In this document: positions 18,818-27,577 of the stretch, piece after piece | Layout of the letters: the number at the start of each line of letters is the position of its first letter | Position numbering within the stretch: position 1 is the stretch's first letter | Source of the DNA: Bacilli bacterium | GTDB taxonomy: Bacteria > Bacillota_I > Bacilli_A > RFN20 > CAG-631 | NCBI GenBank assembly: GCA_900754115.1 | Contig: CAAEBM010000052.1 | Coordinates: 10,716 to 74,715, forward strand | Reading direction: 5' to 3' | DNA length: 64,000 bases | Position numbers and translations under genes: made by a program | The notes under the pieces: model-generated | Seen by the model: only the letters and a program-made list of their open reading frames with translations | What the model was told of the DNA's origin: nothing | Databases searched by the model: none

Positions 18818-19396
18818 CTACTTTCTTAATAATTTAAGGCATTCCTTGATTAATTGTTCTGTTTTTAAATCATCAAGATTTGAAATTTTATTCATTGCAG
18901 CATCAATTTCTGCAACTTTAAACCCAAAAGTGCGCAAAGCATCGTAAACTTCTTCAAATTGAACATTTTTGCTTTGCGAAACAATTTTTTCTTCTAAAAC
19001 CAATTTCCCTTTTAAATCCAAAACAATTTGTTGAGCGGCTTTTGCACCAATAGAAGGCAGTTTTTTTAAAAAAGCTAAATTACCAGATTCAATAGCAGAA
19101 ATAAGATTAGACACTGTTGTCGCTCCAATCATGCCACTAGCTGTTTTAGGACCGATTCCATTGACATTAATTAATTTTAAAAATAAATCTTTTTCATTCT
19201 TTGACTTAAATCCATATAAAACTACACCATCATCTTTTTGATGATAATAGATGTGTACTAAACATCTTCCATAAGCAAAATCTTGCGGTTTTCCTACATA
19301 TACATGGTATCCGATTCCGTTGCAATCCACGACGATACTATCAAAAGAAATATCGACAATTTCTCCATTTAAATAAGATATCATGGCTACCACCAC
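18818..19396 (-). CDS. ruvA: Holliday junction DNA helicase RuvA
   Basis: N-terminal ISYLNGEI...[10 protein letters not shown]-fold motif. HhH domain. C-terminal RuvB-interacting domain. Confidence 0.9.
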   Translation of the reverse strand: MVVAMISYLNGEIVDISFDSIVVDCNGIGYHVYVGKPQDFAYGRCLVHIYYHQKDDGVVLYGFKSKNEKDLFLKLINVNGIGPKTASGMIGATTVSNLISAIESGNLAFLKKLPSIGAKAAQQIVLDLKGKLVLEEKIVSQSKNVQFEEVYDALRTFGFKVAEIDAAMNKISNLDDLKTEQLIKECLKLLRK

Positions 19397-19397
19397 C

Positions 19398-19895
19398 TTA
19401 AATTAATACTATTATACTATAAATAATACCCGATATACAAATTAAAAATCCATTTGTGCAAATACATCTCACTTTTGGTAAATAGCGGCATTTTGTCACA
19501 AGATTGATTAAAAAATAAACGCCAGCAACTCCTAATAAAAATAAGATATATCCTAGTAGCCGATAAATTCCGACAAAAGCACAAATGGCTAAAAAAATAC
19601 AAAAGTTTTCTTTTGTAATAATATGAAATAAAAACAAAATCATCCCTATTAATAATCCTGCACATACGGCTAAAAAAGAACTTCGTATTCCTAAAATTGG
19701 ATCGATAATTAAATCAAAAAACAAAAAATTCAAGCCCATTCCCAGTAAAATTGTTGGAAGATACAAAGAACGATGAACTGTAATTTTTCCAAATTCAGAT
19801 AATAACGCAATGGTTAAAACGACTAATAAAATAAAAAATAAGACATATTCTAAAAAGAAGTTTATGATAAACATATTTTCACCCACTACTACCAT
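19398..19895 (-). CDS. polytopic membrane protein, hypothetical (possibly an A24 prepilin-peptidase-like fold; weak)
   Basis: 165 aa, 5-6 TM helices. No clear catalytic Asp motifs. Confidence 0.4.
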   Translation of the reverse strand: MVVVGENMFIINFFLEYVLFFILLVVLTIALLSEFGKITVHRSLYLPTILLGMGLNFLFFDLIIDPILGIRSSFLAVCAGLLIGMILFLFHIITKENFCIFLAICAFVGIYRLLGYILFLLGVAGVYFLINLVTKCRYLPKVRCICTNGFLICISGIIYSIIVLI

Positions 19896-19922
19896 AATAT
19901 GTAGAAATTGGGCGAATGTTGA

Positions 19923-20438
19923 CTATGATTGTTTTTTAAAATGAATATTTTGACAAGAATCAAAGTAGTGCGCTTTCCCTTGAATAATCGCATTACATTG
20001 AACAAATTCTTTGCTATAAATAGAATCAGCAGGATGTTTTAAAATAATCGTGCCATATACTTTTCCTACAACATGAACATTACAAGGACTGACAATAACC
20101 ATCTCTTTTTCTACATCTCCAATAATGGTGATTTCAAAATCTTTTTTTTCTTCTTCTGTCTGCTTTTCATTTTGGGCAGTGAATAAAATTTTTTCAATGA
20201 CAATTCCTTGATGCACAACCAATTCATCAAATAATGAATATAATTCTTTCGCATTTAAATTTAAATCTTCAAATACCAATTCAATGGTAGGATTTTTAAT
20301 GTTTTGATCAAAACGAATTTGATCAATCTGGTTATTAATTGCTTCTAAAAATTTTTCTTTTGAAGTTATTTTAACAGTATAAACTTTATTTTGTTCCATT
20401 TTTATCACCAACACTATTGTATCGTTTTGTTTTGTCAT
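19923..20438 (-). CDS. hypothetical protein; C-terminal beta-helix-like repeats (possibly MinC-like)
   Basis: 171 aa. CNVHVVGKVYGTIILKHP...CNAIIQGKAHYF resembles the MinC C-terminal domain. Position between radC and ruvA. Confidence 0.4.
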   Translation of the reverse strand: MTKQNDTIVLVIKMEQNKVYTVKITSKEKFLEAINNQIDQIRFDQNIKNPTIELVFEDLNLNAKELYSLFDELVVHQGIVIEKILFTAQNEKQTEEEKKDFEITIIGDVEKEMVIVSPCNVHVVGKVYGTIILKHPADSIYSKEFVQCNAIIQGKAHYFDSCQNIHFKKQS

Positions 20439-20444
20439 AAATTG

Positions 20445-21143
20445 TCAAATCAATGACGAATCAATAAAATATTGCTTTTTTTCGATAATACTATAGTATT
20501 GATTTTTACCTAATACGAGATGATCTAAAACTTTGATTTGTAAAAAATCCCCAAGTTCAATCATCCTTTGTGTTAGTAAGATATCTGCAGAACTTGGTGT
20601 GGCATCTCCACTGGGATGATTATGAAAACAAATGATTTTTTTTGCATTCCATTGCATCGCTTTTTTAAATAACAAATTGACATCGACATAAGAGGCTTCA
20701 CTTCCACCAACAAACATTTTTTCTTCTTTGACAATTTGTAATTTTATATTTAAAAATAAAACATAAAAAACTTCTTGGCAATAATTCGTGGCTTGTAAAT
20801 GATATCGATCATAGACATCTTTTGCACAAGTAATCGTAATCTTTTTTTTATGTTCTTGTGTTTGATTTAATCGATTTGCTAATTCATAACAAACTTTTAA
20901 TTCTAAAGCCTTTACTTGATGAATCCCTTTTATATGGATTAATTCATTTAAATCGGCCTTTAATAACGCATTTAATCCTCCAAAATGAACTAATAATTGA
21001 TTTGCTAATTCTAAAACTGATACTCCTTTTGTGCCATTTTGCAATAAAATGGCGATTAATTCGCCATCAGATAAATTTTCAATTCCATTTTTTAAAGCTT
21101 TTTCTCTAGGACGTTCAAATTGAGGAATGTTTTTTAAATTCAT
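20445..21143 (-). CDS. radC: RadC-family JAMM protein
   Basis: JAMM motif HNHPSGDATPSSAD. N-terminal HhH. 232 aa. Confidence 0.9.
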   Translation of the reverse strand: MNLKNIPQFERPREKALKNGIENLSDGELIAILLQNGTKGVSVLELANQLLVHFGGLNALLKADLNELIHIKGIHQVKALELKVCYELANRLNQTQEHKKKITITCAKDVYDRYHLQATNYCQEVFYVLFLNIKLQIVKEEKMFVGGSEASYVDVNLLFKKAMQWNAKKIICFHNHPSGDATPSSADILLTQRMIELGDFLQIKVLDHLVLGKNQYYSIIEKKQYFIDSSLI

Positions 21144-21352
21144 TTATCCTGTAATTTAAATTTAAAGCCACCTGGTAAAGTGATATCTGCCATCTTGCAT
21201 CCAAATATCTTATAAATTAAAACGCTAACCATGGATAAAATAACAAAAGCAGTGACAACATCTAAGCCTAAAAAACCACCTCTTATTTCTTTAGACTGTT
21301 CCGTCGTCATTTCTTGATAATGCAATTTCGATAACATTTTATCCCTCCTCAT
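21140..21352 (-). CDS. small single-TM protein, hypothetical
   Basis: 70-aa ORF overlapping the radC start by 4 nt. One hydrophobic helix. Could be spurious. Confidence 0.3.
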   Translation of the reverse strand: MRRDKMLSKLHYQEMTTEQSKEIRGGFLGLDVVTAFVILSMVSVLIYKIFGCKMADITLPGGFKFKLQDK

Positions 21353-21463
21353 TTTATAATAGCATCCATTTTATAATAATCTTTTTATCTTTTAACTTTT
21401 TTAGCCAATATAAAAAGTTTGATTAAAAAATCAAACTTTTAAGACTTCAATAAGCAAATATTT

Positions 21464-24082
21464 TTATTGTTTTTTTAAATCTTGTAAATGTTTTTGCACG
21501 CTTTCTTTTCTTGATAAATAATTTTGTAACTTTTCTTTTTCTTCATTAATTTTAAAAACAGGCGCTTTCTTTAAAAATCCTTCATTTGAAAGCATCTTTT
21601 GACAACGCAAAACTTCTTGCTCTAAAGCATTTAATTCTTCTTCACATTTTTTTATTTCTTCTTCTAAATGAACTTCTTTTCGAAAACAAATAGAATATAT
21701 AGCATTTTCCGTTGTCAATCTTTCTGTCACAGAAATTGTGGAGTTGTTATCAGATAAAGTATTATTGATATTTAAAAACTGACTAAATAATAATTGGTTT
21801 TCTCGATAAATTTCTTCTCCTAACTCTGATTTTAATTCAACAATCATGGATAAATTAGTCTTATTTGAAATAGTTTGATTATTTCTAAAGTTTCTAACAA
21901 AAGTGACGATTTCCATTATTTCATTCATCTTTTTTTCTACAACAATCGATTCAAATTCTTCTTTTACAATTGGCCATTTTTCTAAATGAATGGATTCTAA
22001 AGCAAAAGGTAAAGATTGATATAATTCTTCACTGACAAAAGGAACAAACGGATGGAGTAATACTATAATTGATTTTAAAACATAATATAAAACTTGTTTT
22101 GTCCAAAGTGATTGGTTTGTATCATTTAAAGTCAATTTAGAAAGTTCGATATACCAGGAGCAAAAATCATTCCAAATAAAAGAAGTTAAATAGGAACCTA
22201 CATTTGCAAATTCATATTTTTCTAAATTTTCTTCCATGTTTTTAATGGTATAATTGAGTCTAATTAAAATCCATTGATCAAATAAAGTTAAGTTTTCTTT
22301 TTTAAAGTCGTGAATTTGAAATTGAGGAGTCAAATTCATTAAAACAAAGCGTGATGCATTCCAAACTTTATTGATAAAATTCCAACTTGAACTAATTTTT
22401 TCTTTTGAAAAACGAAAATCAATTCCTGGAGCACTATTCGTCACTAAAAAGAAACGTAAGGCATCCGCACCATATTGATCAATAACTTCCATAGGGTCAA
22501 TTCCATTTCCTAAGGATTTAGACATTTTTCTACCTTGTTCATCTCGAACTAATCCATGAATTAAAACATCTTTAAATGGTGTTTTCCCAGTAAATTCAAT
22601 CGCATCAAACATCATTCTTGAAACCCAAAAGAAAATAATATCATAAGCTGTAACTAATAAATCATTGGGATAATAGCGTAAAAAATCTGGAGTAGTTTCA
22701 GGCCAACCTAGTGTTGTAAAAGGCCATAAGGCAGAAGAAAACCAAGTGTCTAAAACGTCTTCATCTTGAACATAGTTTTCCATATCTTTAGGAGGTAAAT
22801 ACGAAACTAATAGTTCATCGGTTCCTTTTTTATAATAAGCAGGAATGCGATGTCCCCACCATAATTGACGAGAAATACACCAATCCTCAATGTTTTCTAA
22901 CCATTGCGTAAACACTTTTTCAAAACGTCGTGGATAAAAATGAACTTTATCTTTTTCTTTTTGCCGATCTAGCGTATTTTGCGCTAATTTTTTCATTGAT
23001 ACAAACCATTGTTTAGACAAAGTTGGTTCTACTATGGCATCACTGCGTTCTGAATGTCCCACTTGGTGAACATGTTTTTCTATTTTTTCAACCAAACCTT
23101 TTTGTTTTAATTCTTCAACTAATGCTTCTCGGCAAACAAATCGATCCATTTTTTCATATTTTAAAGCTTGTTGATTCATAGTTGCATCTAAATTCATACA
23201 AACTATTTGTTTTAAATGATATTTTTCACCAAGTAAATAGTCATTAGGGTCATGTGCGGGTGTACATTTCATCGCCCCTGTGGCAAAATCTATATCTACG
23301 TATTCATCAAATAAAATGGGCAATAAATCCCCATTTGCAGGATTAATTACTTTTTTTCCTTTTAAATGTTGATAGCGTTTATCTTTTGGATTGACAAAAA
23401 CAGCGACATCTCCAAACATCGTTTCTGGTCTTGTTGTTCCAACGATGATATAGTCTTTACTATTTTCAATATAATAACGGAAATAATACATTTTCCCTTC
23501 AATTTCTTTATAAACTACTTCAATATTTGATAAAGCAGTCTTTAAAACGGGATCCCAATTAATGATTTTTTCTTTGCGATATAAATATCCCTTTTCATAA
23601 AGTGTGACAAATACTTTTCGCACTGCTTCATTTCTTTTTTCATCTAATGTAAATACTTCCCGTGTATAATCTAAAGACAATCCAAGTTTTGCCCATTGTT
23701 TTCGAATAGTAGTGGCATATTCTTCTTTCCAATCCCAAGCTACTTTTAAAAATCCTTCTCGGCCTAATTGATATTTATCTATTCCTTGATCTCTTAATTT
23801 TTTTTCAATTTTGGCTTGTGTGGCAATTCCTGCATGATCCATTCCTGCAACCCACAAGACATCATATCCTTTTAAGCGTTTATAACGCATTAATACATCT
23901 TGTAAAGTGCCATTATAAGCATGTCCCAAATGAAGCATTCCTGTTACGTTTGGTGGGGGCAAAACAGCACAAAAAGGCCTTTTTGATTCATCCCCAGCTG
24001 TGTAATATCCTTTTTGAACCCAGCAATCATATTTATCCTTTTCCACTTCACGATGATTATATTTCACTTGTAATTCTTTCAT
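21464..24082 (-). CDS. valS: valine--tRNA ligase
   Basis: HIGH motif PPPNVTGMLHLGHA and KMSKSLGN. 872 aa. C-terminal coiled coil. T-box leader upstream. Confidence 0.95.
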   Translation of the reverse strand: MKELQVKYNHREVEKDKYDCWVQKGYYTAGDESKRPFCAVLPPPNVTGMLHLGHAYNGTLQDVLMRYKRLKGYDVLWVAGMDHAGIATQAKIEKKLRDQGIDKYQLGREGFLKVAWDWKEEYATTIRKQWAKLGLSLDYTREVFTLDEKRNEAVRKVFVTLYEKGYLYRKEKIINWDPVLKTALSNIEVVYKEIEGKMYYFRYYIENSKDYIIVGTTRPETMFGDVAVFVNPKDKRYQHLKGKKVINPANGDLLPILFDEYVDIDFATGAMKCTPAHDPNDYLLGEKYHLKQIVCMNLDATMNQQALKYEKMDRFVCREALVEELKQKGLVEKIEKHVHQVGHSERSDAIVEPTLSKQWFVSMKKLAQNTLDRQKEKDKVHFYPRRFEKVFTQWLENIEDWCISRQLWWGHRIPAYYKKGTDELLVSYLPPKDMENYVQDEDVLDTWFSSALWPFTTLGWPETTPDFLRYYPNDLLVTAYDIIFFWVSRMMFDAIEFTGKTPFKDVLIHGLVRDEQGRKMSKSLGNGIDPMEVIDQYGADALRFFLVTNSAPGIDFRFSKEKISSSWNFINKVWNASRFVLMNLTPQFQIHDFKKENLTLFDQWILIRLNYTIKNMEENLEKYEFANVGSYLTSFIWNDFCSWYIELSKLTLNDTNQSLWTKQVLYYVLKSIIVLLHPFVPFVSEELYQSLPFALESIHLEKWPIVKEEFESIVVEKKMNEIMEIVTFVRNFRNNQTISNKTNLSMIVELKSELGEEIYRENQLLFSQFLNINNTLSDNNSTISVTERLTTENAIYSICFRKEVHLEEEIKKCEEELNALEQEVLRCQKMLSNEGFLKKAPVFKINEEKEKLQNYLSRKESVQKHLQDLKKQ

Positions 24083-24094
24083 TCAATAACCCTC

Positions 24095-24350
24095 CTAAAA
24101 AATAAAAAAAGCATCCTTTTAGCTAAGGACGCTTGATGCGCGGTACCACCTTAGTTTATTTACAACTCATTTATTGTAAATACCCTCTTTTTCTTATTAA
24201 CGCTAAGAAACGATTGAACTACTGCTTTTCATTCAATATACTCCAAGACGACCTTCAAGTTCATTTCCTGTCATATTCCACCAATTTTTTGACTCTCTAT
24301 AAGGAAATAATACTTTACTCCTTCTTTTCTAAGTATATTCATATCATACA
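24095..24350 (-). promoter_or_regulatory. T-box riboswitch leader of valS
   Basis: Minus-strand sequence AACTAAGGTGGTACCGCGCATC matches the T-box consensus (AAnnnGGGUGGnACCGCG). It is followed by the terminator AGCGUCCUU-AGCUA-AAGGAUGCU plus a U8 run, then SD and ATG. Confidence 0.75.
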
Positions 24351-24360
24351 AATTTTACTG

Positions 24361-25095
24361 TCAATTGTCAATGGAATCTTTGATTTTTGCTTTTATATGC
24401 TGATATAAAGTTTCGCTAAAACGACTCATTTGTAAAGGAGTAATAGAGACATATCCTTGTTGGACAGCATAAACATCATCTTCTAAGGATTGTGTCGGTT
24501 GAATTAATTCTTTTCGAGATAAAAGTACCTGATCTTGATTAAACTGACATTGATAGATAATGTCTCGTCTATATTGTTTTGTTAAGCAAATACCTTTTGA
24601 TTGTTCAAATTTTGCAATTGGTAGATTGACATTGAGGATATAGTTTTTACTTACTAATTGATGAAAAAAGATAAAATGTAAAATTTTTTGTATTTCTTTT
24701 TCTAAGTTTGAAAAATGGTTATAATCCGCAGAAAAAGCAATGGTTGGTTTATTTCCTACTAATGCTTGAAAACAAGCGCCAATCGTTCCAGAATAAATAC
24801 TATCAAAGGATAAATTATATCCATTATTGCAACCACTAATGACAATATCAAAATCCACCTTCAAAGCATTTAAACCAAAGATAACGCAATCCACTGGATT
24901 TCCCGCTAAAGCATAATGAAATTCATCTATTTTTTTTATATTTAACCATTGAGCAATACTTAAACTAGCAGAAGCTCCACTTTTTCCTTGTTGTGGTGCA
25001 ACGACATAAACCGTTCCATAATTTTTTAAAATTTTTTCTAATATTTCAATTCCCTGTGCTTGATATCCATCATCATTAGTAAGTAATATGTTCAT
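24361..25095 (-). CDS. surE: 5'/3'-nucleotidase SurE
   Basis: MNILLTNDDGYQAQGIEIL...VYVVAPQQGKSGASASLSI. Confidence 0.9.
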   Translation of the reverse strand: MNILLTNDDGYQAQGIEILEKILKNYGTVYVVAPQQGKSGASASLSIAQWLNIKKIDEFHYALAGNPVDCVIFGLNALKVDFDIVISGCNNGYNLSFDSIYSGTIGACFQALVGNKPTIAFSADYNHFSNLEKEIQKILHFIFFHQLVSKNYILNVNLPIAKFEQSKGICLTKQYRRDIIYQCQFNQDQVLLSRKELIQPTQSLEDDVYAVQQGYVSITPLQMSRFSETLYQHIKAKIKDSIDN

Positions 25096-25672
25096 TTTCT
25101 CTCTCCTTTAAAAATTGTAGCAATTGATTAATTGCTTGTTTGCGGTGTGAAAGTTGATTTTTTTGCTCTTCACTCATTTCTGAAAAAGTTTGTTTGTATC
25201 CTTTAGGAATAAAAATTGGGTCATAACCAAAGCCATTTTCTCCTTTATAAGAAAAAGCAATTGTCCCTTCACAAACTCCTTCAAAGAAATAAACTTCTTT
25301 TTCTTTTGTTATAAGACAAAGTGCACAAACAAATCGTGCCGTTCGATTGGATTTGTTTTTCATTTTCTTTAAAAGAATAGAACATTTTTCTTCATAATTT
25401 TTTTTCTTTTTATAACGAGCCGAGTGAACTCCTAATAAACGAGGCAAAGCATCAATAATTAATCCTGAGTCATCTGCTAAAATGGTTTCATTGATTAGAG
25501 TTGCAGCCTTTTTTGCTTTTAAATAAGCATTTTGTTGAAAAGTTTTGCCATTTTCTTTTACTGAAAAAGAAATTTGCTTATCATTTAAAGTTAATATTTG
25601 ATAATTAGATAATATTTTTGCAAATTCGTTTTTTTTATGATCATTTGATGTTGCAAGAATCATGGTTTCCAT
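25076..25672 (-). CDS. rdgB: non-canonical purine NTP pyrophosphatase (RdgB/Ham1 family)
   Basis: ILATSNDHKKNEF and FGYDPIFIP motifs. 198 aa. Confidence 0.85.
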   Translation of the reverse strand: METMILATSNDHKKNEFAKILSNYQILTLNDKQISFSVKENGKTFQQNAYLKAKKAATLINETILADDSGLIIDALPRLLGVHSARYKKKKNYEEKCSILLKKMKNKSNRTARFVCALCLITKEKEVYFFEGVCEGTIAFSYKGENGFGYDPIFIPKGYKQTFSEMSEEQKNQLSHRKQAINQLLQFLKERENEHITY

Positions 25673-26225
25673 TTTCCTTCTCCTTTAATTTTTTTATAGC
25701 AATCAAATAAGGAGGCTCATGAATTTGATTAATAAAAGCATATTGCAATACTTCATATTCTTTTTGATTTAAATGTTTTACGTATTGTTGAATTTGTTGC
25801 GATTCTTTGAATCCTTCCTCATGTCCAGGATAAATCACACAAACACAAATTCCTCCTTGAACTAAGCACTCTAATGATTGTTTTAAAGCAATGAGTGTCG
25901 ATTCTACTTGAGTAGTAATTGTCTTATCTTTTCCAGGTAAATAACCTAAATTAAAAATAATTCCTTTTACTTTATCCAATTGATAAAAAGACAAGTGCGC
26001 ATGATTGTCTAAATATAACGTGACATTATCGATTTTTTGTGTTTTTAATTTTTCCTTTGTTTTGGTAATCGCCTCTTTTTGAATATCAAATCCGTAGACG
26101 TGTTTTGCAATATTTGCTAAAAAAAGAGTGTCATTGCCATTACCAACAGTCATATCAATGCAAACATCTTGTTTCGTTACATTTTCTGCTAATATTTGAT
26201 GGGCAAACTCTAAAACCTTTTTCAT
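25641..26225 (-). CDS. class I SAM-dependent methyltransferase (putative rRNA methylase, YtqB-like)
   Basis: Motif I DMTVGNGNDTLFLA. 194 aa. Confidence 0.65.
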   Translation of the reverse strand: MKKVLEFAHQILAENVTKQDVCIDMTVGNGNDTLFLANIAKHVYGFDIQKEAITKTKEKLKTQKIDNVTLYLDNHAHLSFYQLDKVKGIIFNLGYLPGKDKTITTQVESTLIALKQSLECLVQGGICVCVIYPGHEEGFKESQQIQQYVKHLNQKEYEVLQYAFINQIHEPPYLIAIKKLKEKENGNHDSCNIK

Positions 26226-26941
26226 TAAAAAATGACCTTTGCTTTAACATGAATGGAGTCTTCTACTTTTCCTTCAAAATATAATGTCGTATCTTCTTGA
26301 TAACAATTAAATTTTAATGTTTGCCCTAATTTTGTCTCTTTTACAAAATTGATTTCAAACTGGCTGGCATTTACTCTCAAGTCTTTTAAACATTGATCAA
26401 TCATCGTCGCATATTCGGTATTATTGAGATGATTATTTTGATCAATTTGGTTTTTATTAACTGTGTATTCCCAATTTTTATCTAATGGCTCTCCTTTGAC
26501 ATTAATTTGGATTAAAGGTGTAGTAAAATTACTATCTGATACATAACCCTCATTGGGAAGTAAATCATTTACAATCGCAATTCTTTTTTGCACTTTATCT
26601 AAAATACACCATTTACTATCTCCTATAATATATGTTTTACCAGTTAAACTAGTAATTTGGTATTCTCGATCATAATCAAAACGTTTCGTAGGATGAGGCC
26701 AAGTTGAAACGATTACTGTTTCTCCTATTTGTGGGGATTGAATGATGTGATGACGATTGCGAACAACGACCCACATCAAATTGCGTTTTCCTAAATGAAT
26801 GTAATCAATTTTTAATTTGGTCGCATGCAATCCTGCAACAGTTTGAAATAAATAAAGAATAGCATGATTTGTTAAAGAATGATTGTCATTAAACATTTCT
26901 TTGGTCAATGTTATTTTTTCTTGGTAAAAAAGTTTTTCCAT
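26225..26941 (-). CDS. acyl-ACP thioesterase (double hot-dog)
   Basis: 238 aa. Two hot-dog halves. The N-terminal region is typical of Firmicute acyl-ACP thioesterases. Confidence 0.6.
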   Translation of the reverse strand: MEKLFYQEKITLTKEMFNDNHSLTNHAILYLFQTVAGLHATKLKIDYIHLGKRNLMWVVVRNRHHIIQSPQIGETVIVSTWPHPTKRFDYDREYQITSLTGKTYIIGDSKWCILDKVQKRIAIVNDLLPNEGYVSDSNFTTPLIQINVKGEPLDKNWEYTVNKNQIDQNNHLNNTEYATMIDQCLKDLRVNASQFEINFVKETKLGQTLKFNCYQEDTTLYFEGKVEDSIHVKAKVIF

Positions 26942-26991
26942 AAAATTTCCTCCTTTTATGCATAAAAAAACAAGTATACACTTGTTTTTAT

Positions 26992-27459
26992 TTAAAATGT
27001 ATTTCTACCTTTAGCAAAGAAAACTGTAAATCCAGCCCAAAGAATTAAAATTAAGCTGACAAATAATCCTATTCCTGTTCCGTCTTTTACAGAAACATTA
27101 CCAAAATTATAATGAGATAATAACTCTTCAACTAAAGACAAATCAAAGAATATCCAACATAAAGCACCGATGGCAGCAACAGATAAGCCTACAACGACAT
27201 ACTTATACTTAAATTTTCCACCAACAGCAAAACAACCCGCTATAATCAATAATACCATTGGTAAAAAATATTGAACGACTTGTAAAAAACTTGCTCCAGT
27301 AAATCCACCTTTAATTAACATCGTAATAATGCTACAACTAAAGGTAAAATTTTCTATTGTTGCACTATAAACAGGCAAAAATAAATATAAAATAGCAGTA
27401 ATAAATAATACTGTTCCAGCAATACTAATTTTTCCACTTCTGCTAACCATAATGAACAC
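26992..27459 (-). CDS. integral membrane protein, hypothetical (4-5 TM)
   Basis: Hydrophobic 155-aa ORF with SD upstream. Confidence 0.5.
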   Translation of the reverse strand: MFIMVSRSGKISIAGTVLFITAILYLFLPVYSATIENFTFSCSIITMLIKGGFTGASFLQVVQYFLPMVLLIIAGCFAVGGKFKYKYVVVGLSVAAIGALCWIFFDLSLVEELLSHYNFGNVSVKDGTGIGLFVSLILILWAGFTVFFAKGRNTF

Positions 27460-27523
27460 TCCTCTTCTATTCGTTATTAATTATTGTATCATATTTTTAA
27501 AAAAATACAATTCTATTTTTTAG

Positions 27524-27556
27524 ACAAAAAAAACAAGGCCGAATTTTCGACCTTGT
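27524..27556 (-). terminator. intrinsic terminator downstream of the giant lipoprotein gene
   Basis: Hairpin caaggucga-aaau-ucggccuug (9 bp including a G-U pair) followed by a U-run on the minus strand. Confidence 0.6.
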
Positions 27557-27577
27557 CTTCCTTCACTTAAAATTTGA

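Noticed and set aside
24133-24408. 91-aa plus-strand ORF
   Set aside because: It overlaps the valS T-box leader and the surE 3' end on the opposite strand. The region is accounted for by the riboswitch.
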